Shown one piece after another: positions 19,599 to 28,441 of a DNA stretch of 64,000 bases (its first letter is position 1; each line of letters begins with the position of its first letter). A model generated the notes under the pieces. It did no database searches. It was not told the DNA's origin and worked only from the letters and a program-made list of their open reading frames with translations. Source of the stretch: an uncultured Candidatus Binatia bacterium (lineage in GTDB: Bacteria; Desulfobacterota; Binatia; UBA9968; JAJDTQ01); NCBI GenBank assembly GCA_965215605.1, contig OZ244070.1, positions 1-64,000 on the forward strand, read 5' to 3'. A program made the position numbers and the translations under genes.

Positions 19599-20302
19599 GG
19601 TTGTCCCTCACCATGGTCGCGATTCTCTCCGGCGAAGGGGTCTGGCAGCCGCGCGACGATACGGACGGTTTCCACGCTGACGTGGACGATGCGACGGATG
19701 GCCGTGATGAGATCGCGTGGATCGTCAAACCAGCCGTTGGGGTCGTTGACGATGCCGCTCTCCCGGTCACGGGTGATGCGGTAGCGGTCCATGAACCATT
19801 CCAGCGGGGTGCGCCCGTTTACGGAGTATTCGTGCGCCTCGTGCGGAATGCCCTCCAGTCGGAGGTGCTCGTTTACGATCAGAGTCGTTCGGGAGTCCTC
19901 AGCCAAACGCATGGCGCGCTGGCCGATGCGGAAGTGTTGCGGTTCGAGGGTGCCGGGCTGAACAGGCGCGAGATTCAGCGGGTATTCGGGGCAGGTCTCA
20001 TAGCCGAGGTGCAATTCTGCTAGCGCTGTTCCCGCTTGGACGAAGGCGTGAAAGTCATGCGCCATAGGCACTCGTGGGAGTGCCTTGGCGAGATCGTTGG
20101 CGAAACGCTCCCGGTAGGCGGGCGCATGGAGCACGCCGTAGACGTAGTCGAGGATGGCGTCCTTTGTAATGTCCGGGTCGTCGCCGTAGCGCTCGCGAAA
20201 GGCGTTCAGGGCAGCGTCGGTGATGTTGTCGATGCGCTCCAGCTCATCGCAAGGCTCCAACGCAAGAGCCGAAATGGCCTCTTCTATTTCGACGGCATTC
20301 AT
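19595..20302 (-). pseudogene. Remnant type ISP restriction-modification C-terminal domain fused to a short MmeI/YeeA-like N-terminus
   Basis: RIDNITD..ITKDAILDYVYGVLH..YRERFANDL..LPRVP, YSVNGRTPLEW and SGIVNDPN match the type ISP C-terminus. No helicase or MTase part. N-terminus MNAVEIEEAISALA. Confidence 0.72.
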
Positions 20303-20412
20303 TGGTCATCACAGAGCACAGACAGCCTGTCAGCTGCGCTGAAACACCTCCAACTCGACGACCAAAACACCGCGGTTGACACAGACCAGTTCGTCATGTG
20401 TGCGAGCTCACA

Positions 20413-22311
20413 TCACCCCGCCAGGTCTGGGATGGAATCGTCAACCGTCTCATCCGGCACGTCCACTTCAGGCTCGTTGGTCGCCTCACCGCCATAGACA
20501 GTTTGACCGGTGGCTTCTTCAATCAGTCCAAGCAGGGCCGCCCGGCGCGCACGACAAAAGCCCTCGAAGTCGTCTGCCCGAAGTAGTTCCGGATCGATCA
20601 GGTGCGTCCGCAGGAAACCGTCGATGTCGGCGGCAGGAATCGGCGGCGAGCCAACTCCACCGCGTTCGAGGCCCGCCAAATACTCTGAGGGCGCCGCGCC
20701 ACCCAGCATGCGGTTGGTGCGGGCCGTTAGCGGCGTTTTGTTGATGATCGAATCATAAACGTCCGGGGATTTTCCCTTTCGTCGGCACCACTCGCGCGGG
20801 AAAACATGATGGATGTCGACACTCTCTTCGAAGAACACCGTCTGGTCAAAGTCCTGGCCGGACCGGAAATCCCTGGCACCCTTGGCCATGAGCAGGGCGT
20901 TGATGCCCTTGTAGGCGGCTGACAGCCGGGTGCGCATAGTACGAAGGCGATCGACTCGGAAGATCGGATCCTCCATGGTCGAGGGGGAGTCTCCACCGGC
21001 AAGCCAAATCGGAACCTCGACAATATCTCTGGCGATTCGAGACTCCACGGCTGAACCGTAGAGTTCGCCGAACACGCCACACCAGTACCAGCGTGCAATG
21101 CGTGCGCGAGTCTCGGCGTTTTCCCACAGGTCGCCAATGGTCATGAGGATCGCGGCGAGCGGCACAAATTGGCTCTGGTAAGGGAGGTCATGGACCCGAT
21201 AAATCCGCTGCATTCGCAAGAACTTCACCGCCGTCTCGAAACCCTTCTCAACGGGGTCGGCATGCAATTTGTACGCATCGAGCGGCAGGTTGAGCAGGGA
21301 CTGGCGTGTGGCACTGACCGATGGCAGATCGTGACGTCCCGGATCCTCGGCAGACAGCTCAACGCGCACGTCGCGTGTGTGGATCAGCGAGATTGCCTGT
21401 AGAAAATCGGTCGGCGCGATCTTCTCAAGAAGGCCATAGTCCTGGCCGGCTGCACGCCCGAAGGTGGAAAGGCGGTTCTTGCGACACGAGCCAGCGCTTT
21501 CACCCAACCAGTCCTTGCGCAACTCAAAGCCTTGGGCCGAATACATCGCCGTCACCAACTCGAACGCGTCGAGAGGCTTGCCGCCGGTGTTGACCTTCTC
21601 GAAGACCAAACAGACGGCCTCGCGTGACGTGTCACGAGCCAGCGCGATCACTGGTACATGGTAGTTCTTGAAGTTCTGTAAGACCTCGTCCTTGAAGCGC
21701 TTGAAGAGGTCACGCTTTTCGGCTCTCCCGCGCGCGATCCAGTAGTCGCCGAACCCGTCCTGCCAAGCGTCCCAGTCGAACACCTGATTGACCGGGAAAA
21801 TCCCCTCTTTGTACTCGTACTCCGGTAAAGAGAGATCGAGGAGAACATTGCGCCCAAAGTCGGCCCGTTGAATGCGATCCTCCGGGACGCCCACCACAGC
21901 GTCCTCGCGGTTGCGCTGTGGATCAAGCGCCGCTTCTATGTCGAGGTAGTACCAGCGTTTCACCTTCTTGTGCCGCGCCGTTACCGTTTCAACGATCTGC
22001 TGCCGCACGCAGGTCTGATAGAGGGATGTCATGCGCTGCTGCCCGTCCAGCAGCAGATGACGCGCTGCATGTGTTTCCGCGTCGTCCGGCGCACCCTGTA
22101 CCGGTCGAGCCTTGAACTCGACCGCTCCCCCGGCCTCCAGCGTCATCAAGGCCCCCACTGGGAACGCCAACGAGACAGAGGCGATCAGGCTGCGGATGCG
22201 TTCCTCGTCCCAGACCCAGCTTCTCTGGAAGTCCGGCAGTTTGATGATCCCGCGCTCGCATTCGCGCAAGAGTTCCTCAAGCCGTACAGGATTGGTCGTG
22301 AAACTCGCCAT
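20413..22311 (-). CDS. GmrSD-type restriction endonuclease (DUF262 + C-terminal HNH-like domain)
   Basis: LPDFQRSWVW, LLDGQQRMTSL and FEKVNTGG DUF262 motifs. DIHHVFP..N..N C-terminal domain. Confidence 0.88.
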   Translation of the reverse strand: MASFTTNPVRLEELLRECERGIIKLPDFQRSWVWDEERIRSLIASVSLAFPVGALMTLEAGGAVEFKARPVQGAPDDAETHAARHLLLDGQQRMTSLYQTCVRQQIVETVTARHKKVKRWYYLDIEAALDPQRNREDAVVGVPEDRIQRADFGRNVLLDLSLPEYEYKEGIFPVNQVFDWDAWQDGFGDYWIARGRAEKRDLFKRFKDEVLQNFKNYHVPVIALARDTSREAVCLVFEKVNTGGKPLDAFELVTAMYSAQGFELRKDWLGESAGSCRKNRLSTFGRAAGQDYGLLEKIAPTDFLQAISLIHTRDVRVELSAEDPGRHDLPSVSATRQSLLNLPLDAYKLHADPVEKGFETAVKFLRMQRIYRVHDLPYQSQFVPLAAILMTIGDLWENAETRARIARWYWCGVFGELYGSAVESRIARDIVEVPIWLAGGDSPSTMEDPIFRVDRLRTMRTRLSAAYKGINALLMAKGARDFRSGQDFDQTVFFEESVDIHHVFPREWCRRKGKSPDVYDSIINKTPLTARTNRMLGGAAPSEYLAGLERGGVGSPPIPAADIDGFLRTHLIDPELLRADDFEGFCRARRAALLGLIEEATGQTVYGGEATNEPEVDVPDETVDDSIPDLAG

Positions 22312-22373
22312 CCGATATTCCTCGTGCAACGCGCACGTGTGAGTCCAGCTGGGCCATTCGATAGTTGCTGAAC

Positions 22374-22403
22374 TTGACACAAACGGAACCCCGATTGTAG
22401 TTC
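22374..22403 (+). promoter_or_regulatory. Putative sigma70 promoter of the Rieske operon
   Basis: Perfect TTGACA at 22374 followed 16-18 nt later by TGTAGT/TAGTTC. Confidence 0.35.
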
Positions 22404-22443
22404 TTTAGGCTCGGCGGACAACGGCGAAGGCACAGAGGACGAC

Positions 22444-23748
22444 ATGCTGACCAGGGAAGACAACGAGATTCTGACGAGGGTGGGTCCGGACACGCCCATG
22501 GGCGAGTTGATGCGGCGGTACTGGGTGCCGGTGGTGCTTTCCGGCGAGTTGGAAGCGGGGGGCCGGACCAAGCGGGTACGTATCCTGGGCGAGGACATGG
22601 TGGCTTTCCGGACCGCCGGGGGCGAGGCCGGGTTGCTGGGCGAGTATTGCTCGCACCGGCGCGTGTCGCTCTATTTCGGCCGGGTGGAGAAGGACGGGCT
22701 CCGCTGCTGCTACCACGGCTGGAAATACGGACTCGACGGCCGCTGCCTGGAGATGCCCAACGAGTCCCCCGAGACCGACTTCAAGCACGCGGTGCGGCAT
22801 CCCGCGTACCCCTGCCGCGAGCGCGGCGGCATCGTCTGGGCGTTCATGGGCGATCCCGCCCACACCACCGAAGTGCCCGACTTCGAATGGCTGGGATTAC
22901 CCGACAATCAACGATTCATCTCCAAATACTACCAGGACAGCAATTACTTTCAGGCCCTGGAGGGCGGCATCGATTCCAGCCACATCTCGTTCCTGCACGC
23001 GCCGTTGGACACCGCGGACCAGGCCTCCCTCGAAAACATCGAGAAGGCGGGATTCGGCGTGGACACGGCGGTGGGGACCTCGGACCGGAGCCCCCGGTTC
23101 GAGGTGGTGGACACGGACTACGGGGTGATGATCGGCGCCCGCCGCAACGCCGAAGGCGAGCGCTACTACTGGCGCATCACGCAGTTCATCATGCCCTTCT
23201 ACACCATGCCGCCGCCCCAGGACGAGGACCCGATCCTGCACTCCCACGCCTGGGTTCCGGCCGACGACGGGCACCTGATCAACTGGACCATCACGTGGCA
23301 CCCGACGCGGCCGCTGAAGGAAGAGGAGCTGATGTCGCTCAACGCCGGCTTCAGCGCCCACATCACGGAGTATGGACCACCCGCCAACGGTCCTTACGGC
23401 GACGTTCGCCCGGCGGCCACCCGGGCCGCGGACTACGGCATGGACTGGGAGGCGCACCGTACGCGCATGTTCTGCGGCATACCCGGTTTCGGCATGCAAG
23501 ACCGCGCCATGACCGAGAGCCAGGGCCCGATCTTCGACCGCACCCTCGAACGCCTGGGCACCAGCGACACCGCCATCATCCAGGTACGCAAATGCCTCAT
23601 CGACTCGGCCAGGATGTTGCGCCAGGAGCAGGCTGACCCGCCGGGACTGGATCCCAGGCTCCACCACCTCCGCGCCGCTTCCGTGCGATTGCCCAAGGAC
23701 GCCGTGTGGGTGGAGGCAGTGAAGGATCGGGTTAATATAACGCTATAA
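22444..23748 (+). CDS. Rieske oxygenase alpha subunit (phthalate 4,5-dioxygenase/LigXa-like)
   Basis: MLTREDNEILTRVGPDTPMG, CSHR..CCYHGW, EGGIDSSHISFLH, QDRAMTESQG, ERLGTSD. Confidence 0.92.
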   Translation: MLTREDNEILTRVGPDTPMGELMRRYWVPVVLSGELEAGGRTKRVRILGEDMVAFRTAGGEAGLLGEYCSHRRVSLYFGRVEKDGLRCCYHGWKYGLDGRCLEMPNESPETDFKHAVRHPAYPCRERGGIVWAFMGDPAHTTEVPDFEWLGLPDNQRFISKYYQDSNYFQALEGGIDSSHISFLHAPLDTADQASLENIEKAGFGVDTAVGTSDRSPRFEVVDTDYGVMIGARRNAEGERYYWRITQFIMPFYTMPPPQDEDPILHSHAWVPADDGHLINWTITWHPTRPLKEEELMSLNAGFSAHITEYGPPANGPYGDVRPAATRAADYGMDWEAHRTRMFCGIPGFGMQDRAMTESQGPIFDRTLERLGTSDTAIIQVRKCLIDSARMLRQEQADPPGLDPRLHHLRAASVRLPKDAVWVEAVKDRVNITL

Positions 23749-23803
23749 CACATTGATTTCATTACGGAATGAATCGTTTCAACCTACCAGCCAACCGACA
23801 ACC

Positions 23804-24061
23804 ATGACGTTTGAAGAGTATATGGCCGTGCCCTACGTGCTGTGCATGGCGGCGGTCCAGGGTGCCGATGGCCGCTGGCTGCGACGGGCCGAGTATCCGG
23901 AGCTGCCGGGCTGTTTCGGCGAGGGACTGTCACCGGAGGATGCCCTGGCCGAGCTCGATCGCAACCGCGAGCGCATGGTCCGGGAACTCCTCGCCGAGGG
24001 GACGCAGGTACCGGTTCCCCGCCGTCCGCTGGCAAGGTTGATGAGAACTCGAACCGGTTGA
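23804..24061 (+). CDS. HicB-like protein without a DNA-binding domain (orphan)
   Basis: AEYPELPGCFGEGLSPEDALAEL...VPVP is the HicB partial RNase H fold signature. Confidence 0.75.
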   Translation: MTFEEYMAVPYVLCMAAVQGADGRWLRRAEYPELPGCFGEGLSPEDALAELDRNRERMVRELLAEGTQVPVPRRPLARLMRTRTG

Positions 24062-24109
24062 CACGAAACGCCAACTTCAGTCTACGAACGCGGAGAGAGG
24101 AGACTTGCA

Positions 24110-24568
24110 TTGAGCTTTGGAATGAAACAGGCACGGGCGCTGGTGGATGCGGGCATCCGCGCGGCGGAGGAAAAAGGCTATCAGGTGGCGGTGACCATCG
24201 TTGACGCCAGCGGCAACTTCATGTGGTCTGGGCGCATGGACGGCACCAAGTTCGTGGCTCCGGACATCGCCCGGGCCAAGGCCTACACCGCGGCCGCGTT
24301 CCGGCAGAGCACCGCGGTACTGGAGGAGAAGGCCAACCCGAAGCCGGTCTTCTACACCGGCGTGCAGGTGGTGCACGGCGGAAACATCGCCATCGGCCAG
24401 GGCGCGCTCCCCGTGTGGATCGGCGATGAAGTGGTGGGCGGCATCGGCGTGAGCGGCGCCGCGCCGCAGGAAGACGAGGAAGTGGCGGCCGCGGCCCTCA
24501 AGGCCGAGCGCTATTCGTTCCCGGCCGCCGACGTAGCCACCCGGGCCGCCATGGGACACTCAAGGTAG
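24110..24568 (+). CDS. GlcG/HbpS family heme-binding protein
   Basis: VTIVDASG, RMDG, IARAKAYTA, GALPV..VGGIGVSG..QEDEEVA. Confidence 0.88.
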   Translation: MSFGMKQARALVDAGIRAAEEKGYQVAVTIVDASGNFMWSGRMDGTKFVAPDIARAKAYTAAAFRQSTAVLEEKANPKPVFYTGVQVVHGGNIAIGQGALPVWIGDEVVGGIGVSGAAPQEDEEVAAAALKAERYSFPAADVATRAAMGHSR

Positions 24569-24577
24569 ACCCGACGC

Positions 24578-25363
24578 ATGGGCCGCATCGAAGGAAAGGT
24601 CGCGTTCATTACCGGCGGCGGCGGCGGCATCGGCGCCGCCACGGCGCTGCTTTTCGCCGAGGAGGGCGGCCGGCTCGTGCTGGTGGACCGTGACGGCGCC
24701 GCCGCCGAGGCGGCGGCCGAAGAGGTCCGCGCCAAGGTCCCGTCCGCGGAGGTCATGCCCCTGGCGGCCGACCTGAGCGACGAGCCCCATGCGAACCGCG
24801 CCATGGATGCCGCGACGGCGCGCTTCGGCGGCCTCGACATCCTGGTGAACGTCGCGGGGATCCGGGTGTTCGGCGCCCTGGCGGATGCGGAGCCGGACAG
24901 TTGGGACTCCATCCTGGCGGTCAACCTCATGGCCACGGTCCACTGCTGCAGGGCGGCCGTGCCGCTGCTCCGGTCACGGGGCGGCGGCAGCATCGTCAAC
25001 GTCTCCTCGATCTTCGGGGTTGCCGGACGGGCGGGAATGGGACAGTACGACGTGACCAAGGCCGCCGTGGTGAGCCTCAGCCGCACGTTGGCCATCGAGG
25101 AGGTGGGACACGGCATCCGCGTCAACGCCGTCTGTCCCGGCCCCACCATCACACCCTTTCACATCGAGCGGGCCAAGGCCCGTGGCCTGAGCGAGGAACA
25201 ACTGCGCCGCACCGGCGCGCAACACACGCTGATGAAGCGGTGGGCGGAGCCCCGGGAGGTAGCCAGTACGATCCTGTTCCTGGCTTGCGGCGAGTCGTCC
25301 TTCGTCACCGGCACGGCGCTGGTGGTGGACGGCGGCGCCTCCGCCGCCGTCGGGGGTTCGTAG
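24578..25363 (+). CDS. Short-chain dehydrogenase/reductase
   Basis: TGGGGGIG, LDILVNVAG, NVSS, YDVTK (YxxxK), IRVNAVCPG. Confidence 0.92.
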   Translation: MGRIEGKVAFITGGGGGIGAATALLFAEEGGRLVLVDRDGAAAEAAAEEVRAKVPSAEVMPLAADLSDEPHANRAMDAATARFGGLDILVNVAGIRVFGALADAEPDSWDSILAVNLMATVHCCRAAVPLLRSRGGGSIVNVSSIFGVAGRAGMGQYDVTKAAVVSLSRTLAIEEVGHGIRVNAVCPGPTITPFHIERAKARGLSEEQLRRTGAQHTLMKRWAEPREVASTILFLACGESSFVTGTALVVDGGASAAVGGS

Positions 25364-25376
25364 GTCTACGCCCGCG

Positions 25377-25730
25377 TCAGTCGTCCGCCAGCGGCACCAC
25401 CGCAAAGACATGGGGCTCGTCGCCGATGACGCGGCTCTGGTGCCCGCGGCCGGTCAGGTCGTCCGCGAGCATGATGTCCCCGGCCTGAAACCGTCGCACC
25501 TCACCGCCGCCGCATTCGATGTCCCAAGCGCCCGAGAGGGTGAACAGGTACTGCCGCCGGGGCGCCGGATGCCAGTCCAGCAGCACGCCCGGCGGCACAC
25601 GCCGAACGTTCACGCTCTTGGCGGCCCCCAGGGACGTGCTTTCCATCTGGCGATCCGGTTCGAACTTGAACTCGATGTCCTCGAAATGCGACTCCCCGTC
25701 TTCTCCGCTGTAAAGTCTCACGGTCTGCAT
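25377..25730 (-). CDS. Cupin domain protein
   Basis: DGESHFED, WHPAPRRQY, LADDLTGRGHQSRV. Confidence 0.85.
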   Translation of the reverse strand: MQTVRLYSGEDGESHFEDIEFKFEPDRQMESTSLGAAKSVNVRRVPPGVLLDWHPAPRRQYLFTLSGAWDIECGGGEVRRFQAGDIMLADDLTGRGHQSRVIGDEPHVFAVVPLADD

Positions 25731-25776
25731 GCAGCCTCCACTTCCTTCCTCCCTGACGGGCGCGCGGGTTACCCGG

Positions 25777-26766
25777 TTACTTCTTCGTGCTCAGCGACTT
25801 CTTGAAGGTTTCGCCGTTGTCCGCGATCAGATCATAGAAGCCATTGAGCATGTTCACCCAATCCTGACCCACCACGGGCTCGATCTTGGCCTTCATCTTG
25901 GCGAAGCGCTCCAGCACCTCGGGATCCTTGGTGGCGGCATCGAACGCCTTCTGGAGGATGTCCAGCCGGTCCTTGGGCATGCCCGGGGGCGCCGTCACCA
26001 CCCGGTGAGAGGCCAGCACCGTCAACTCCGGATGTCCCAACTCGCCGATGGTCGGCACGTCGGGAAAGTCCGGAGAGCGTTTCTCCAGGTACACCCACAG
26101 GGGCCGCAGATGGCCGTCATGAACGAACTGCATCTGTCCCGGTGAATCCAGGCCCAGGGCGCGGCCGTGACCCTCGCCACGCACGATGCCCATATTGGAC
26201 GCGGGCGCGCTGGGATAGCCCAGTATGAAACGATGGTTATATTTCAGCACCGCCGCGGTCAGGGCCTCCGTGACCCACGCCGTGCCGCCGACTCCCGTGC
26301 CGGTGATCAGGACCTCCTTGGCCTTCCGCAGGTCATCCACTGTCTTGAACGGCGTTTTGGCGCCGACGGCGAAGACGTACGGCCCTGCCGAGATCTGTCC
26401 GATCCAGGAGAACTCCTTCAATTTGTAGTGCGGCTTCGGGTCGTCGAACAGTTCCGAGACGATGGCGCCCGGAATGTTGACGGTGGAGATGGTGTAACCG
26501 TCCGGCTTGGAGGCCCACGTGAGGTTCCAGGCGATGTTGCCGCCCGCGCCGGGCCGGTTGCGGATGATGACATTGACGCCGAGGGCCTTCTTCAGACCCA
26601 CGGATATGGCGCGACTGTGGAGGTCGAAACCCCCTGCCGGTCCATAGGGTATAAGCCAGGTAATCGTCCTGTCAGGGAATTTGCCCTGGGCCGACGCCAC
26701 CTGCGTGGCCATGGCAATCCCGAGGACGATCAACAGAGAAACCAGTCCGATCATTTTGCGCGACAC
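25777..26766 (-). CDS. Tripartite tricarboxylate transporter substrate-binding protein (TctC/Bug)
   Basis: GTG start after AAGGAGG. Signal peptide, PYGPAGGFD, NRPGAGG, KPDGYT, PDVPTIGELG, APPGMP. Confidence 0.9.
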   Translation of the reverse strand: MSRKMIGLVSLLIVLGIAMATQVASAQGKFPDRTITWLIPYGPAGGFDLHSRAISVGLKKALGVNVIIRNRPGAGGNIAWNLTWASKPDGYTISTVNIPGAIVSELFDDPKPHYKLKEFSWIGQISAGPYVFAVGAKTPFKTVDDLRKAKEVLITGTGVGGTAWVTEALTAAVLKYNHRFILGYPSAPASNMGIVRGEGHGRALGLDSPGQMQFVHDGHLRPLWVYLEKRSPDFPDVPTIGELGHPELTVLASHRVVTAPPGMPKDRLDILQKAFDAATKDPEVLERFAKMKAKIEPVVGQDWVNMLNGFYDLIADNGETFKKSLSTKK

Positions 26767-26776
26767 CGAATACCTC

Positions 26777-26813
26777 CTTGCCGATTGCAGTTGCTTGCCG
26801 ATTGCAGTTGCTT
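26777..26813. repeat. 17-bp tandem duplication (CTTGCCGATTGCAGTTG x2)
   Basis: Exact adjacent duplication abutting the RBS of the TctC gene. Confidence 0.85.
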
Positions 26814-26841
26814 CCCAATGTGCACGGTACTCCGCCATATA

Positions 26842-27035
26842 TCAAACGGCCCATGTCCGTTCCTCGCCCACTTTCCAGACTCTGGCCCCTGCCGTCGTCG
26901 GCACGCAGGCGGCTTTTTCGGGGTCCACACCGGCTGCCAATAGCGGCGCATAAGCTCGCCACAGGGCGTGCCGGGACCGACACGGGTCAGTTCCGGATCG
27001 ATTTCGGGGATCTTGAAGCCGTAGGCGCTCCTCAT
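26842..27035 (-). pseudogene. Internally deleted Rieske oxygenase gene (paralogue of 14212..15393)
   Basis: MRSAYGFKIPEIDPELTRVGPGTPCGELMRRYWQPV joined out of frame to DPEKAACVPTTAGA. These match the first and last residues of the 14212 protein. Confidence 0.88.
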
Positions 27036-27167
27036 GGAGGCGCTCCTCTCCCACCCGGATCGTTCAGTACTCCAAGCGGAACGCAGACCGGCCGGCACAC
27101 ACGGATGGAGAAACCATGCCGGCGTGTCCCGGCCGGTGGGGATACGAGGTAAGCGGAGAACGCTTCG

Positions 27168-28166
27168 CTACTTCTTCTTGTCCAGGGCCTCCCGGAATAT
27201 GTCCGAGTACTGGTTGATCAGGCCGTAGAAACCGTCGAGCATGCCGTTCCAGTCCTCCCCCACGACCGGAGACATCTTGGCTTTCATCTTCGCGAACCTG
27301 GCAATCACTTCAGGGTCTTTCAGGGCCGTTTCGAACGCCTTTTGCAAGATCGCCTGCCGATCCTTGGGCATACCCGGCGGAGCGGTGGCCACACGGTGAG
27401 AGGCGAGCACCCTGAGCTGTGGGAAGCCCAGTTCTCCGACGGTGGGGACGTCGGGGTACCTGGGATCGCGCTTGTCCAGGTAGACCCACATGGGCCTCAT
27501 GTCGCCATCTTCCACGAACACCATCTGGCCCGGGGAATCCAGACCCAGGGCCCTGGCGTGGCCCTCCCCCCTGACGATGCCCATGTTTGCCGCCGGAGCG
27601 CCTGGATAGCCCAGGATGAACTTCGGATTGAACCCCATCACCTTGGCTGTCAACAGGTTCGCGATCCATCCGGTGGCGCCTACCCCCGTACCTGTGAGAA
27701 GGACCTCCTTGGCGTCCTGGAAGTCCTTGAGGTTTTGGAACGGGGCCTTGGCGCCCACCGCCCACACGTAGGGGCCGGAGGAGATCCGTCCGAGCCAGGA
27801 AAACTCCTTCAGCTTGTAGACCGGCTTGGGGTCCGCGAACAGTTCGGAGACGATGGCCCCGGGAATGTTGACAGTCCCGATGGTATAGCCGTCAGGCTTG
27901 GCTTTCCACAGGAGGTTCCAGGCAATGGAACCGCCGGCGCCCGGCCGGTTCCTCAGAATGACGTTGACGCCGAGGGCTTTCTTCAGGCCCACGCTCACCG
28001 CCCGGCTGTGAAGATCGAACCCGCCCGCCGGAGCGTATGGGATCAACCACGTGATGGTCTTGCCCTTCTCCGGCCAGGTCCCTTTCTGGGCCCATGCATC
28101 GTGCGCCGGAACGACCATCCCAAGAACGGCCAACAAGGAACCTATGCGTATCAGCTTACTTAACAT
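27168..28166 (-). CDS. TctC/Bug substrate-binding protein, paralogue of 25777..26766
   Basis: GGAGG RBS, signal peptide, PYAPAGGFD, NRPGAGG, KPDGYT. Long identical stretches with its neighbour. Confidence 0.9.
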   Translation of the reverse strand: MLSKLIRIGSLLAVLGMVVPAHDAWAQKGTWPEKGKTITWLIPYAPAGGFDLHSRAVSVGLKKALGVNVILRNRPGAGGSIAWNLLWKAKPDGYTIGTVNIPGAIVSELFADPKPVYKLKEFSWLGRISSGPYVWAVGAKAPFQNLKDFQDAKEVLLTGTGVGATGWIANLLTAKVMGFNPKFILGYPGAPAANMGIVRGEGHARALGLDSPGQMVFVEDGDMRPMWVYLDKRDPRYPDVPTVGELGFPQLRVLASHRVATAPPGMPKDRQAILQKAFETALKDPEVIARFAKMKAKMSPVVGEDWNGMLDGFYGLINQYSDIFREALDKKK

Positions 28167-28335
28167 CGGGCACCTCCCTGCCAGTTTGCTGCCGGTCTCC
28201 CGCGCTCCCCTCTCCCCCTCCCGCTCCATCCCTGCTCGCTGGTTCTTGAACGATTTCGGTGGCCGCGTCGAACGCCTCTTGAAGCAGGCGTGGCCCCCGT
28301 ATGCCACACGCGTAACGCAAGTGTCAACGAGAGCG

Positions 28336-28405
28336 CGCATCCCCTCACCTGGATTCCCGCTTTCGCGGGAATCCAGGTGAGGGGATGCGGATGCGGGAAT
28401 GACGG
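28336..28405. repeat. REP/dRS3-like palindromic element (25-bp perfect stem)
   Basis: CGCATCCCCTCACCTGGATTCCCGC-TTTC-GCGGGAATCCAGGTGAGGGGATGCG, followed by GATGCGGGAATGACGG. Confidence 0.8.
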
Positions 28406-28441
28406 AAAGGGAGCACCGGACTCTTGACGAGCCCTGCGCGA

